Origin: Octopus sinensis
Taxonomy: Eukaryota
Direction of reading: 5' to 3'
Length of the DNA: 64,000 nt
Assembly (NCBI RefSeq): GCF_006345805.1
Contig: NC_043002.1
Coordinates: 113,026,001-113,090,000, forward strand
Position numbers and translations under genes: made by a program. Below, one piece after another: positions 56,201 to 64,000 of the stretch. The notes under the pieces were generated by a model. The model saw only the letters and a list, made by a program, of their open reading frames with translations, did no database searches and had not been told where the DNA came from. How positions within the stretch are numbered: the first letter of the stretch is position 1; every line of letters starts with the position of its first letter.

Positions 56201-58195
56201 GGTTCATCTAGGACTACATTAACTAATGCCCTCCCCACTTTGAAAATGGTAAAATGCAATTTTATAGAGATTTTACTATTGCCTTTTGCAGAATGAACAA
56301 CCGGGGTCTACTTCCACTAGGGTGCCCAAATTTATAAGGCCTGAGAAGGTGGTTTCATATATGCATGCCCAGAAATTGAAGTATTTCACCAACTCAACAT
56401 TTTTCATTTGATGTGGCCGTTGCCAGCCTCGCCTGGCCCCCGTGCTGGTGGCACGTAAAAGCTCCATCCATTCGTGGCCGCTGCCAGCCTCGCCTGGCCC
56501 CGTGCTGGTGGCACGTAAAAGCTCCATCCGTTCGTGGCCGTTGCCAGCCTCGCCTGGCCCCCGTGCTGGTGGCACGTAAAAGCTCCATTCATTCGTGGCC
56601 ATTGCCAGCCTCGCCTGGCCCCGTGCCGGTGGCACGTAAAAAGCACTATCCGATCATGGCCGTTGCCAGCCTTGCCTGGCCCCCGTACCAGTGGCTCATA
56701 AAAAGCACCATCCGTCCGTGGCCGTTTGCCAGCTCCATCTGGCACCTGTGCGGGTGGCACGTAAAAAGCACCCACTACACTCACGGAGTGGTTGGCATTA
56801 GGAAGGGCATCCAGCCGTAGAAACACTGCCAGATCAGACTGGGCCTGATGCAGCCTTCTGGCTTCACAGACCCCAGTTGAACCGTCCAACCCATGCTAGC
56901 ATGGAAAGCGGACGCTAAATGATGATGATGATGATGATATTAAATGGGGAAGGAAGGTTTATGCATTTTGAAGTTAGCAAAAGTCCTTTGGTTTCCACTA
57001 CATTCAGGTCTATGTTGTTACATCAACAACTGTTTCTTCTATAGTGGGCCTGATATCGGGCTTAAAAGTATGACACTGAATTATTTCACTGATCCACCTT
57101 CTCATTCTTCAGCAAGATACTATTTTGGCAAATATTTATTTTGTCTTTTCCTAACGCAAAACTGCAATGCAACAAGATCTTTGTAATTATAATTAACTTC
57201 AAGGCATCGTCAACATTTTGTATTTTGATTCCTTAAAAAGTAAAAACAAAAACAAAAAACCTCAGCAGTGCCTATAAATGTCCGTAGCTGTAAACCACTC
57301 TAAACTAGCCCCAGTGAATAAACTGGAATAGAAAAAGAGAATTAAGAGCTGGGTCAGTCTTTAAACAATCCTTGCTACATTTTGATACTGCTGCTACAGT
57401 TTATGTTGATTTCCTGCAGATATTAAAGGAATTTTAAAATCAACATTTTAGCTATAGCTATCATATATTCATTGTTTAGAGTTACCAGTTTATAGATGGG
57501 AAGATGTCTGTTGAAAGAGATTTGACTGCCATACTGACCAAGTTGGACAACAACATAATAGTTCTCCAATATATATATATATACATATATACCGGAGTAA
57601 ACACATAAATGTGAAACAAGGTAGAAAGAAGAGTACTCAAATACCAGTGGTAGAGTAATATGCTTTATTTAAAGCAGCAGAAAATTCAACAAAACCTGTT
57701 ACTCTGAGTTTCCCGTTGCCAGATGAACGGCAACGGGAAACTCAGAGTAACAGGTTTTGTTGAATTTTCTGCTGCTTTAAATAAAGTATATATAGGAGTG
57801 GCTGTATGGTAAGTAGCTTGCTAACCAACCACATGGTTCCGGGTTCAGTCCCACTGTGTGGCATCTTGGGCAAGTGTCTTCTGCTATAGCCCCGGGCCAA
57901 CCAATGCCTTGTGAGTGGATTTGGTAGACGGAAACTGAAAGAAGCCTGTCGTATATATGTATATGTATATATATGCATGTGTGTGTTTGTGTGCCTGTGT
58001 TTGTACCCCTAGCATTGCTTGACAACCGATGCTGGTGTGTTTACGTCCCCGTCACTTAGCGGTTCGGCAAAAGAGGCCGATAGAATAAGTACTGGGCTTA
58101 CAAAGAATAAGTCCCGGGGTCGATTTGCTCGACTAAAGGCGGTGCTCCAGCATGGCCGCAGTCAAATGACTGAAACAAGTAAAAGAGTAAAAGAG

Positions 58196-58229
<34 letters not shown>

Positions 58230-58876
58230 TAAAACACTGAGACAATGATACTGTTCAGAAACTCAATCACAAAGACTACTAATAAAGTTGGTGCCCAGGT
58301 AATTATTCACGTGCACAAACAGTAAACAAAATTAAGTTTCTTCTAATATATATGTAATGGAAATTTTACATAGGTAAATGAGATTATCCATACAAATTCT
58401 AAAAATATTCTTTTTACAAACACTAAGGGAATAACATTTCCAGTATGCAACGTTTGCATGCATAAATAAACAGACATAATAAATAAGATTTTAATATAAA
58501 CTTTTCATTTTTCTGAGAAACAACTGGAAAGAAAGAATATACACGAGGGGGTGGGGCTGAAGAGTTCCTGGCTTTCAGTAAAAGAAAATACAGAAGGATC
58601 AGTCAATGATGATTTCATTCAATACATTCCCCTCTCAGATTCAAACACTTATTGCAGTGATTACTCTTTTACTTGTTTCAGTCATTTGACTGCGGCCATG
58701 CTGGAGCACCACCTTTAATCAAGCAAGTCGACCCCGGGACTTATTCTTTTTTGTAAGCCCAGTACTTATTCTATCGGTCTCTTTTGCCGAACCGCTAAGT
58801 AACGGGGACGTAAACACACCAGCATCGGTTGTCAAGCAATGCTAGGGGGACAAACACAGACACACAAACACACACA

Positions 58877-58927
<51 letters not shown>

Positions 58928-61081
58928 GACAGGCTTCTTTCAGTTTCCGTCTACCAAATCCACTCACAAGGCTTTGGTTGGCTAGAGGCTATAGTAGAAG
59001 ACACTTGCCCAAGGTGCCACGCAGTGGGACTGAACCCGGAACCATGGGGTAGGTAAACAAGCTACTTACCACACAGCCACTCCTACGCCTATATTCAGTT
59101 TTTCTAAGCCCCATAAAAGAACTCGGAAGGTTGGACCTCCAACCATGCCTTCCACAACACTCTTGAAGCCAGGAACTTTTCACCCCCCACCCTCCTATAT
59201 GTTACATGTATTCTACTTCAAACACAAGGTTTTGATTTCTGAAAGTGCATAACCTGCCATAAGTACCAGGACATGCCGCTACACTAAGGAATGTGTATAC
59301 ATATGTATGTTCATATACATATGTATGTATGCATTTGTGTATATACATATGTATGCATATTTTTGTATATACATATGTATGCATGTGTGTATACATTTGT
59401 ATGCATGTGTTTGTATACATATGTATGTTCATATACATATGTGTGTGTGTATATATATGTATGCATGTGTGTGTATATATATACATGTATGCAAGTGTAT
59501 ATGTGTAAAGGCATGAACAAATGATGCTATAGTGCTTACTTTGGCAATCCTGTCGAGTTGCATCTCCAAAGAAGTTTGCTTCGCAGTGTTCACAGTTGAA
59601 ACCAGTGGTGTGGAAATGACACTTAAGACATTCTCCGGTCCGTGTGTCACAGCTGTCGGGGATCCTATGGTCAATGTTACCATTGCAATCACATGACTTA
59701 CAAGTTCCAAGATCAGCAGAGCCAAAATAATTCGGAGCACAAGTGTCACAATTGAGACCTAGTAAAACAAAAATATTTATATTATATATACGCCTACAGA
59801 CATAAATATATGTACATACTTAAGTGTCAATAATACAGTGATTGTTTCTTGTCAGGAACAAAGAAGATTAATAGGACTGCTATAGAAGTGCTCTATTGAA
59901 TGAGACAAATATAGAAAACTAAAGTTATTGAACAAACAAATGCAAGGTCATCCGCATAGAATTTCATAATTCAAACATTTAATCATGGAATAGACATACT
60001 TAAATGTATATGCATGTGTGTGTGTATCTATATATGTATACATATATATGTAGGGATAGGGAGAATTCACAAAAAAACAAGAGACGAAGACAGGTGGTGT
60101 AGACAACAAACACATGTATTAGTTTAACGCTCAGGAAGTGGAAAAGTCTTTAACATTTCGAGCCTACACTCTTCCACAGAAAGGAATACCAAAAGAAACA
60201 GGGAGGTGTATATAAATATGTATGCATGTGTATGCACGTGTGTGTGTATGTATATATATATATAGACACACACACACATATATATATATATAATGTCCAC
60301 ATGTCTGTGTATGTGTTATATGCATGTATGGACAAGTGTGCATATATATATGTGCATGTACACATGTGTGTGCATATATATATATATATATATATACATA
60401 TATACATATACATATATATACATATATACATATACATATATACATATATATACATATACATATATATATAATAATATATATATATATATATAATTGACAA
60501 AGGAAATGAAAGATAGATTTGGCACTAGTCTTTATTCAGTACATCAATCACTTTGACCCATCCTGCAACTGTTCGTTATGGGTAGAATATTGTGCATCTA
60601 ATTGTATCAATCTGTGCAGTTTGGTCACATCAGGTACATGCATATTTGATGCCTCCACTCTCACGATAGTTTAGAAGACACAGACTTTATCATCAGGAAT
60701 ATAGTGCAATTATGTTGCAGTTGTGATGGGCCAGTCACAGTTGATATATCCTAGGTGTGTAACTGTCATTTTTCATCCAAAGACACTATGTGCAATTAAT
60801 AAAACTTCTGTTAATTGTTTCTGAGTGGTATTAATCATTTTTATATGCAGCCCTACAGAGACATTTCCGTTTTCCACCAACATCAAGTACACAGATGGCA
60901 CATTATGATGTACGTGTGTATGTGTGATGATGTGTGTGTGTGCATGTGTGTACACATGTGCATGTATGTTAACAAGCACACACATTAAACTATAGATATC
61001 AGTGCATGTGTGTCCATGTAAAATAATTATCTAAAACAAACACTTCAAATTAAACCACTTACACATACACTATATGTATAT

Positions 61082-61167
<86 letters not shown>

Positions 61168-63197
61168 AAAGTAAAAAAATATACAAACTGGGACAAGAAC
61201 GTGAAACACCTAGAAGACGACACAAAAAACACGGACGGGACATTCGAAGCCCTCAATCATCAGTCAAGAACCGGATCATCTTTGCAATTTCGGCTGATTA
61301 ATCTTGAGATTGCTCCAATCTGGGCAGCCCCCAAGGGAAATCTAAGCCAAGCGCATTAGATTCCTTGGAAGAAAGCCTCAAATGTATACAACACAGGGAC
61401 GGAAAAAGGACGATGTTACACGAATAAAAACACAAAAATACGTAAAAACAATAATGGTAAGGATAACAACAAAACCAGGACATCAGGACAAGTGTCTTTT
61501 CGACAGGACGAGTTAAGTTTTGAGCTGGCTATAGAAGAGTGCCTTAAGGCCACAGAGAACAAACAAATATATATGCACATTACATGAGTATATACCCAAA
61601 TAGATATAAAGATATATGTAAAGACAATGTAAATCTACTCAGACTACAGAATGTGTACTGAAACACCTCCATTTAGCATCAAGTGGAGTTTATAGTCGAA
61701 CTCACAGGTCAGAGAACTTAGAGAATTGATTCAACTGCATTTTTCAGTTTGCTAAGGCTCTACCCTCACTTTTTGAACTGTGTTTCCACACTAATCGCAA
61801 CTTCAAATTCCTTAATTCTTATTAGACAAATGGGCCTAACTATCAACCGACTATTTCTATGCTAGAAAGAAAACAGTGCTGTCCTCTTCAAGACTACTAC
61901 ATACATCAGATGAAAGGGATTAAAATCCAACCTTGATCCTCACCAAGCATTTCTGTGAATACCAGCTATCAAGTGTATGTCTGTAAATGATTTATCTTGA
62001 AAAAGAAAACTATCCAGGTCAAATAGATTGGTTGCAGGACCCCTGGACTGATGGTACGTAAAAAGCACTATCCGACTCATGGCCGATGCCAGCGCCGCCT
62101 CGACTGGCTTCCGTGCCGGTGGCACGTAAATTGCACCAATCCGACCGTGGCCGTTGCCAGCCTCGCCTGGCACCTGTGCGGGTGGCACGTAAAAAGCACC
62201 CACTACACTCACGGAGTGGTTGGCGTTAGGAAGGGCATCCAGCTGTAGAAACATTGCCAGATAAGACTGGAGCCTGGTGCAGCCTTCTGGCTTCCCAGAT
62301 CCCCGGTCGAACCGTCCAACCCATGCTAGCATGGAGAACGGACGTTAAACGATGATGATCATCATCATCACACACTCACACACACACACACATATCACCA
62401 ACATCATCATTTAACATCCATTTTCCATGCTGGCATAGATTGGGTGCTTTGACAGGAGCTGGTAAAGCAGGGATATGCACTGGGACCAATTGTTTGTTCT
62501 GGCATGGTTTCTTTGGTTGGAATACCCTTCCTAACACCAACCACTCCACAGAGTGTACTGGGTGCTTGTTATGCAGCACCAGCACCAGTGCTTTTAATGT
62601 TGCACCAGCATGAGTGGTTTTCATGTGGCACCAGCACTGGTATCAATTCTGTTGTGGCAGACAAGTCTCCTTGAGTACAGTATGGCCCTAGATATCTTAG
62701 TCCTTTTTTACATACACACAGTCACTTTTAGCCTATCGAAATCCAGATATTTTTCTTTACATAATTCTTAATATCCTTAATTTAGTATCTTAATTTAGTA
62801 TTCTTTAATGAAGTAACATCAATCAGTAAGTTTCACACACAGGTGGTTCAGGTAATACACATAAATTATTAAACTTAATTTTTTTCTTTCCTTCTACTCA
62901 AAATATCAAGTTTTTGTGTATATAAAAGGCAATCTAGCAAAATATACATACATGTACATATGAATTTCAAAGCAGTATAGCTAGAGATATAATATTGTTC
63001 TTTGCTTTTAAATATAATTCACAAATACATTACCTGCATATCCTTTGTGACAATAACAGACCACAGATTGTTTCTGAAGATCAAAAGAGCAACTATCAGC
63101 ACGCTGGTTGCTGTCTTGAGGACCATTTGGACAATAACATGGTTGGCAAGCAATACGGCCGGTTACACGAGGATCTTGATAGTAGCCATCGCGACAT
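13674..63197 (-). CDS. LAMB1: Laminin subunit beta (3' half, 15 exons in window; 5' exons lie beyond position 64000)
   Basis: 15 exons with GT-AG boundaries and consistent phases give one open frame of 2626 nt: Cys-rich LE repeats, CGECFDNWD transition, heptad coiled coil, beta-knob [17 protein letters not shown], and C-terminal HYVTCQPQ*. This architecture is diagnostic of laminin beta rather than alpha or gamma. Confidence 0.95.
14136..14459 (+). mobile_element. Repeat family H (about 61-bp internal units, GGATGCCCTTCCTAA block on opposite strand, (GAT)n tail)
   Basis: Four similar copies in the window; tail ggacgttaaac(gat)n suggests a retroposon. Confidence 0.7.
14494..14650 (-). CDS. 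LAMB1: Laminin beta exon w14 ([14 protein letters not shown]...KKNRDLL)
   Basis: 157 nt, ctctag/gtaagt, phase 0 to 1; needed to bridge the phase between w13 and w15. Confidence 0.9.
14765..15215 (+). mobile_element. SINE family A (intron w13-w14)
   Basis: Full-length copy with long internal (TA)n. Confidence 0.85.
15255..15680 (+). mobile_element. SINE family I with CR1/L2-LINE-type 3' tail and A-rich end
   Basis: GGTTCAATTCC B-box, CORE-like block, 3' 40 nt 39/40 identical to the LINE end at 23573-23612. Confidence 0.65.
16280..16456 (-). CDS. LAMB1: Laminin beta exon w13 ([13 protein letters not shown]...VKKAEK)
   Basis: 177 nt, ttgtag/gtaagt, phase 0 to 0. Confidence 0.92.
17054..17779 (+). 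repeat. Tandem array of about 4 x 166-169 bp units derived from MITE D (plus a decayed unit at about 16860-17053)
   Basis: Left-TIR starts at 17054, 17220, 17389, 17558; single right TIR at 17768-17779. Confidence 0.9.
18154..18373 (+). mobile_element. piggyBac-type MITE family E
   Basis: TTAA|CCCTTTAG ... ATGCTAAAGGG|TTAA. Confidence 0.75.
18537..18678 (-). CDS. LAMB1: Laminin beta exon w12 ([17 protein letters not shown]...LRKILRM)
   Basis: 142 nt, tttcag/gtgagt, phase 2 to 0. Confidence 0.92.
18759..18905. mobile_element. Short mariner-type MITE
   Basis: About 20-bp TIR TAGGTTGTCCCAAAAGT / ACTTTTGGGACAACCT with TA flanks. Confidence 0.65.
20810..21405 (+). mobile_element. Old SINE A copy with SINE B nested in its internal microsatellite
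   Basis: Diverged A 5' half, B on minus strand, diverged A 3' half. Confidence 0.65.
20975..21188 (-). mobile_element. SINE family B (tRNA head, MetaSINE-like central domain)
   Basis: GGCGGCGAGCTGGCAG head, GTTCAAATTCC-type B-box region, GCCTTTCATCCTTTCGGGGTCGATAAA block resembling the Meta/Sauria-SINE domain (from recall). Confidence 0.75.
21849..22245 (+). mobile_element. Non-autonomous Helitron
   Basis: A|TC ... CTAG|T termini. Confidence 0.85.
22720..23130 (+). mobile_element. SINE family A
   Basis: Full-length copy. Confidence 0.85.
23551..24562 (-). mobile_element. 5'-truncated CR1/L2-group LINE; RT C-terminal region (YADD) to stop, 3' UTR and (ATCA)n tail
   Basis: Uninterrupted frame of about 300 codons: [35 protein letters not shown]. 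Confidence 0.9.
24580..24812 (-). mobile_element. Penelope-like pLTR remnant flanked by (TA)n
   Basis: Carries a minimal hammerhead motif; similar layout at 60055-60210. Confidence 0.6.
24686..24720 (-). ncRNA. Minimal type I hammerhead ribozyme motif (U4C core variant)
   Basis: GTTT-CCGACGA-A-GAGC/TCT/GCTC-GAA-AC/GT-T-AAAC: stem I 4 bp, stem II 4 bp, palindromic ACGT stem III. Confidence 0.6.
25215..25570 (+). mobile_element. CR1-type LINE 3' fragment
   Basis: TRGHIYK...[17 protein letters not shown] motif, short 3' UTR, (ATT)n tail. Confidence 0.75.
25910..26316 (+). mobile_element. SINE family A
   Basis: Full-length copy. Confidence 0.85.
26668..27077 (-). mobile_element. SINE family A
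   Basis: Full-length reverse copy, inverted relative to 25910 copy. Confidence 0.85.
27816..28063 (-). mobile_element. RTE-type LINE 3' fragment inserted in a decayed SINE B
   Basis: [11 protein letters not shown]...[11 protein letters not shown]...AMMDREVWR, followed by (TGA)n tail. Confidence 0.8.
28571..28967 (-). mobile_element. SINE family A
   Basis: Reverse copy ending about 40 nt from the exon w11 donor. Confidence 0.85.
29010..29185 (-). CDS. LAMB1: Laminin beta exon w11 ([20 protein letters not shown]...KADAAS)
   Basis: 176 nt, tttcag/gtgagt, phase 0 to 2; absent from the ORF track. Confidence 0.92.
29730..30110 (+). mobile_element. Non-autonomous Helitron
   Basis: A|TC ... CTAG|T termini. 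Confidence 0.85.
30380..30599 (+). mobile_element. piggyBac-type MITE family D (220 bp)
   Basis: TTAA|CCCTTTCGTTAC ... GTAATGAAAGGG|TTAA. Confidence 0.85.
30951..31190 (-). mobile_element. SINE family B, full length
   Basis: Complete head to tail; direct repeat tgcttgcatgtatacc at 30935-30950 and 31197-31212 (likely TSD). Confidence 0.85.
31339..31515 (-). CDS. LAMB1: Laminin beta exon w10 ([13 protein letters not shown]...KAKLDEVKK)
   Basis: 177 nt, ttttag/gtaatt, phase 0 to 0. Confidence 0.92.
31610..32405 (-). mobile_element. Old SINE family A copy interrupted by SINE F
   Basis: Diverged 3' half at 31610-31758 and 5' half at 32157-32405. Confidence 0.65.
31763..32150 (-). mobile_element. 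SINE family F, full length
   Basis: 11-bp TSD TATGAGGACAT at 31748-31758 and 32157-32167. Confidence 0.85.
32615..33312 (+). mobile_element. piggyBac internal-deletion derivative with transposase N-terminal remnant
   Basis: TTAA TSDs, 12-bp TIR CCCTTTCGTTAC; ORF 32887-33192 is acidic Ser-rich, and after an in-frame TAA continues [18 protein letters not shown] (piggyBac-like TNxYA motif). Confidence 0.85.
33420..33760 (+). mobile_element. Decayed RTE-type LINE 3' fragment
   Basis: GHMIRMP...RPRGRPRMR*...VASDWTLWR with internal stops. Confidence 0.7.
34195..34421 (-). mobile_element. SINE family B
   Basis: Same sequence family. Confidence 0.8.
34829..35008 (-). CDS. LAMB1: Laminin beta exon w9 (beta-knob [28 protein letters not shown]...)
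   Basis: 180 nt, ttgaag/gtgagt, phase 0 to 0; the 6-Cys knob is specific to beta chains. Confidence 0.95.
35304..35521 (+). mobile_element. piggyBac-type MITE family E
   Basis: TTAA|CCCTTTAGCATT ... GGG|TTAA. Confidence 0.75.
35700..36200 (+). mobile_element. Heavily decayed LINE endonuclease-like remnant
   Basis: Only fragments RNEEG and NDLTVG are recognisable. Confidence 0.3.
37522..37738 (+). mobile_element. Shorter copy of the same CR1 3' end
   Basis: Near-identical to 42613-42823, with ccatgt-cccct-acatgg type hairpin and (TAAC)n tail. Confidence 0.8.
37737..38045. repeat. Purine-rich low-complexity tract
   Basis: Directly visible. Confidence 0.8.
38068..38303 (-). CDS. LAMB1: Laminin beta exon w8 ([13 protein letters not shown]...LMDVNEN)
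   Basis: 236 nt, tgacag/gtaagt, phase 1 to 0. Confidence 0.93.
39505..39747 (+). mobile_element. Repeat family H
   Basis: Same body and (GAT)n tail, about 1.5 units. Confidence 0.7.
39991..40175 (-). CDS. LAMB1: Laminin beta exon w7 ([17 protein letters not shown]...IKENDYE)
   Basis: 185 nt, attcag/gtaagt, phase 2 to 1. Confidence 0.93.
40519..40920 (-). mobile_element. SINE family A (followed head-to-head by a diverged plus copy, about 40935-41310)
   Basis: Full-length reverse copy. Confidence 0.85.
41422..41713 (+). mobile_element. SINE F-head variant with a different 3' tail
   Basis: Head matches F; tail matches the stand-alone segment at 34432-34543. Confidence 0.7.
42345..42823 (+). 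mobile_element. CR1-type LINE 3' fragment
   Basis: [10 protein letters not shown]...[19 protein letters not shown]...LRGHSKKL, one in-frame stop, (TAAC)n tail. Confidence 0.85.
43713..44210. repeat. About 500-bp compound (CA)/(TA) microsatellite
   Basis: Directly visible. Confidence 0.95.
44485..44665 (-). CDS. LAMB1: Laminin beta exon w6 (coiled coil, [25 protein letters not shown]...)
   Basis: 181 nt, aatcag/gtaagt, phase 1 to 2. Confidence 0.93.
45619..45848 (-). mobile_element. SINE family B
   Basis: Same family, sits in the middle of a foldback inverted repeat. Confidence 0.8.
46637..46856 (-). mobile_element. piggyBac-type MITE family E, diverged (partial copy also at about 36905-37003)
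   Basis: Reverse similarity to the 35304 copy; eroded TIRs. Confidence 0.6.
47373..47593 (+). mobile_element. piggyBac-type MITE family D (221 bp)
   Basis: TTAA TSDs and perfect 12-bp TIR. Confidence 0.85.
47815..48196 (-). mobile_element. Non-autonomous Helitron
   Basis: CTAG terminus and hairpin; 5' end about 37 nt from the exon w5 donor. Confidence 0.8.
48234..48425 (-). CDS. LAMB1: Laminin beta exon w5 (last LE module and CGECFDNWD entry into the coiled coil)
   Basis: 192 nt, ttacag/gtaagt, phase 1 to 1. Confidence 0.95.
48735..49133 (-). mobile_element. Non-autonomous Helitron
   Basis: 5' TC, hairpin, CTAA (CTRR) terminus. Confidence 0.85.
50498..51089 (-). mobile_element. Non-autonomous Helitron with internal 102-bp tandem expansion
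   Basis: TC/CTAG termini; units spaced at 50635, 50737, 50839, 50941. Confidence 0.85.
51466..52727 (+). repeat. Tandem array of about 7 x 183 bp SINE B-derived units
   Basis: GAGTTCAAATTCC starts at 51466, 51649, 51832, 52015, 52198, 52381, 52564. Confidence 0.95.
52885..53195 (-). mobile_element. SINE family G
   Basis: Different head from F but shares the gagcaggctgttccgttga 3' domain. Confidence 0.65.
53624..53720 (-). CDS. LAMB1: Laminin beta exon w4 ([32 protein letters not shown])
   Basis: 97 nt, ttgcag/gtaagt, phase 0 to 1. Confidence 0.95.
54388..54587 (-). CDS. LAMB1: Laminin beta exon w3 (CVCNYLGTN...[15 protein letters not shown])
   Basis: 200 nt, ttttag/gtaagt, phase 1 to 0; inside ORF 54214..54738. 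Confidence 0.95.
55271..55673 (+). mobile_element. SINE family A
   Basis: Full-length copy. Confidence 0.85.
56410..56939 (+). mobile_element. Repeat family H with about 6 tandem 60-62 bp units
   Basis: Unit starts near 56413, 56474, 56534, 56595, 56656, 56718. Confidence 0.75.
57590..57786. mobile_element. Penelope-like remnant ending in a perfect 58-bp inverted duplication
   Basis: Arms 57663-57720 and 57729-57786, 8-nt spacer agatgaac. Confidence 0.55.
57794..58196 (+). mobile_element. SINE family A
   Basis: Near full-length copy directly after the 58-bp inverted repeat. Confidence 0.85.
58542..59196. mobile_element. mariner-type MITE interrupted by SINE A
   Basis: Imperfect TIRs CACGAGGGG...GAGTTCCTGGCTT / AAGCCAGGAACTTTT...CTCCTA, TA flanks. 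Confidence 0.65.
58661..59091 (-). mobile_element. SINE family A inserted in a mariner MITE
   Basis: Full-length reverse copy. Confidence 0.85.
59290..59510. repeat. Compound TA/TG microsatellite (similar tracts at 60215-60495 and 61070-61165)
   Basis: Directly visible. Confidence 0.9.
59540..59758 (-). CDS. LAMB1: Laminin beta exon w2 ([12 protein letters not shown]...CDCNGNID...[11 protein letters not shown])
   Basis: 219 nt, tactag/gtaagc, phase 1 to 1. Confidence 0.95.
60055..60210 (-). mobile_element. Penelope-like pLTR remnant with degenerate hammerhead (60148-60183)
   Basis: CTTT-CTGTGGA-A-GAG/TGTAGG/CTC-GAA-AT/GT-T-AAAG. Confidence 0.5.
61165..61560 (-). mobile_element. Probable Penelope-like remnant next to (TA)n
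   Basis: CTGATGA...CGAA-TGTC and GCCGAAA motifs on the minus strand; stems not intact. Confidence 0.35.
62050..62359 (+). mobile_element. Repeat family H (tail-to-tail with a degraded reverse copy, about 62400-62700)
   Basis: Same body and tail. Confidence 0.7.
63034..63197 (-). CDS. LAMB1: Laminin beta exon w1 (LE modules: [54 protein letters not shown])
   Basis: 164 nt, acceptor ctccag, donor gtaatg, phase 2 to 1; not shown in the ORF track; matches the LE pattern of beta chains. Confidence 0.92.
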
Positions 63198-63359
63198 CTG
63201 GAGACAGGATATCAAAGTGAAATATTACCATAAACAACAACAAAAATACCTGAACAACTTCAGAAGTGCTTTTTATTATTATTATTATTATTATTTGTAA
63301 TATCTCTATGAACAATCAAAATATTTAAATCATCACACACATGAAAATGACAGACAATA

Positions 63360-64000
63360 GTTGCAAGCAGGGCTGTTTGGTAAGAACCTTACTTCCCAAC
63401 CATATGGTTCTGGGTTCAGCCCTACTGTGTGGTACCTTGGGCAAGTGTCTTCTGTTATAGCCTTAGGCTGACCAAAGCTTTGTGAGTGGATTTGGTAGAC
63501 GGAAACTGAAAGAAACCTGTCAGATAGGTATACATATATTTCTTTACTACCCACAAGGGGCTAAACATAGAGGGGACAAACAAGGACAGTCAAAGGGATT
63601 AAGTCGATTACATCGACCCCAGTGCGTACCTAGTACTTAATTTATCGACCCCAAAAGGATGAAAAGCAAAGTCGACCTCAGCGGAATTTGAACCCAGAAC
63701 ACGTGACAGCAGACGAAATACGGCTACACATTTCACCCGACGTGCTAACGATTCTGCCAGCTCGCCGCCTTTTTCATATAGGTATACAAATCTATGTGTG
63801 TTTGCCTTTGTGTTTCTCACCCACCACCACTTGACAACCAGTGTTGGTGTGTTTACATCCTACAGCTTAGCAGTTTGGCAAAAGTGTCTAATAAAATAAG
63901 TACCAGGTTTATAAAGAATGAAATAAGTACTGGGGTTGACTCATTCAAATAAAAATTCTTCAAAGCGGTGAACCAGCACCACTGCAGTCTAATGACTGAA
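63360..64000 (+). mobile_element. Old SINE A copy with SINE B nested in its internal microsatellite
   Basis: Diverged A 5' half, B on minus strand, A 3' half running to the window edge. Confidence 0.7.
63538..63769 (-). mobile_element. SINE family B
   Basis: Full length; 11-bp direct repeat ataggtataca at 63524-63534 and 63778-63788. Confidence 0.85.

Noticed and set aside
56180-56410. Two strong plus-strand acceptor-like sites followed by a short open frame (possible nested antisense gene)
   Set aside because: No recognisable protein motif, no convincing donor and no partner exons found.
59745-63045. YIGSR-like adhesion motif at the equivalent LE position
   Set aside because: The spliced sequence reads YAGLN across the w1-w2 junction, so the motif is not present.

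Overview
AT-rich eukaryotic (animal) genomic DNA, most likely octopus/coleoid judging by the SINE repertoire (inference from recalled families). One protein-coding gene occupies the window: the 3' half of a laminin beta chain gene (LAMB1/LanB1-like) on the minus strand. I reconstructed 15 GT-AG exons (63197 down to the stop at 13674; 2626 nt, about 874 aa). They join in frame and encode the last LE (laminin EGF) modules, coiled coil, beta-knob and the C-terminal YxTC motif. The 5' part of the gene lies beyond the right edge. Everything else is intron or downstream DNA dense with repeats: several tRNA-derived SINE families (labelled A, B, F, G, I here), a GAT-tailed repeat (H), non-autonomous Helitrons, piggyBac and mariner MITEs, CR1/L2 and RTE LINE fragments, Penelope-like remnants and microsatellites. 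The most notable observations are: (1) minimal type I hammerhead-ribozyme motifs in Penelope-like remnants, two of them sense to the laminin pre-mRNA; (2) SINE/LINE shared 3' tails with a compensatory stem-loop; (3) a 7 x 183 bp SINE concatemer joined through a GGTAT microhomology; (4) a MITE tandem array joined at an internal TTAA; (5) several near-perfect intronic hairpins; (6) an RGD in the laminin beta-knob. No CRISPR arrays, rRNA or true tRNA genes were seen.
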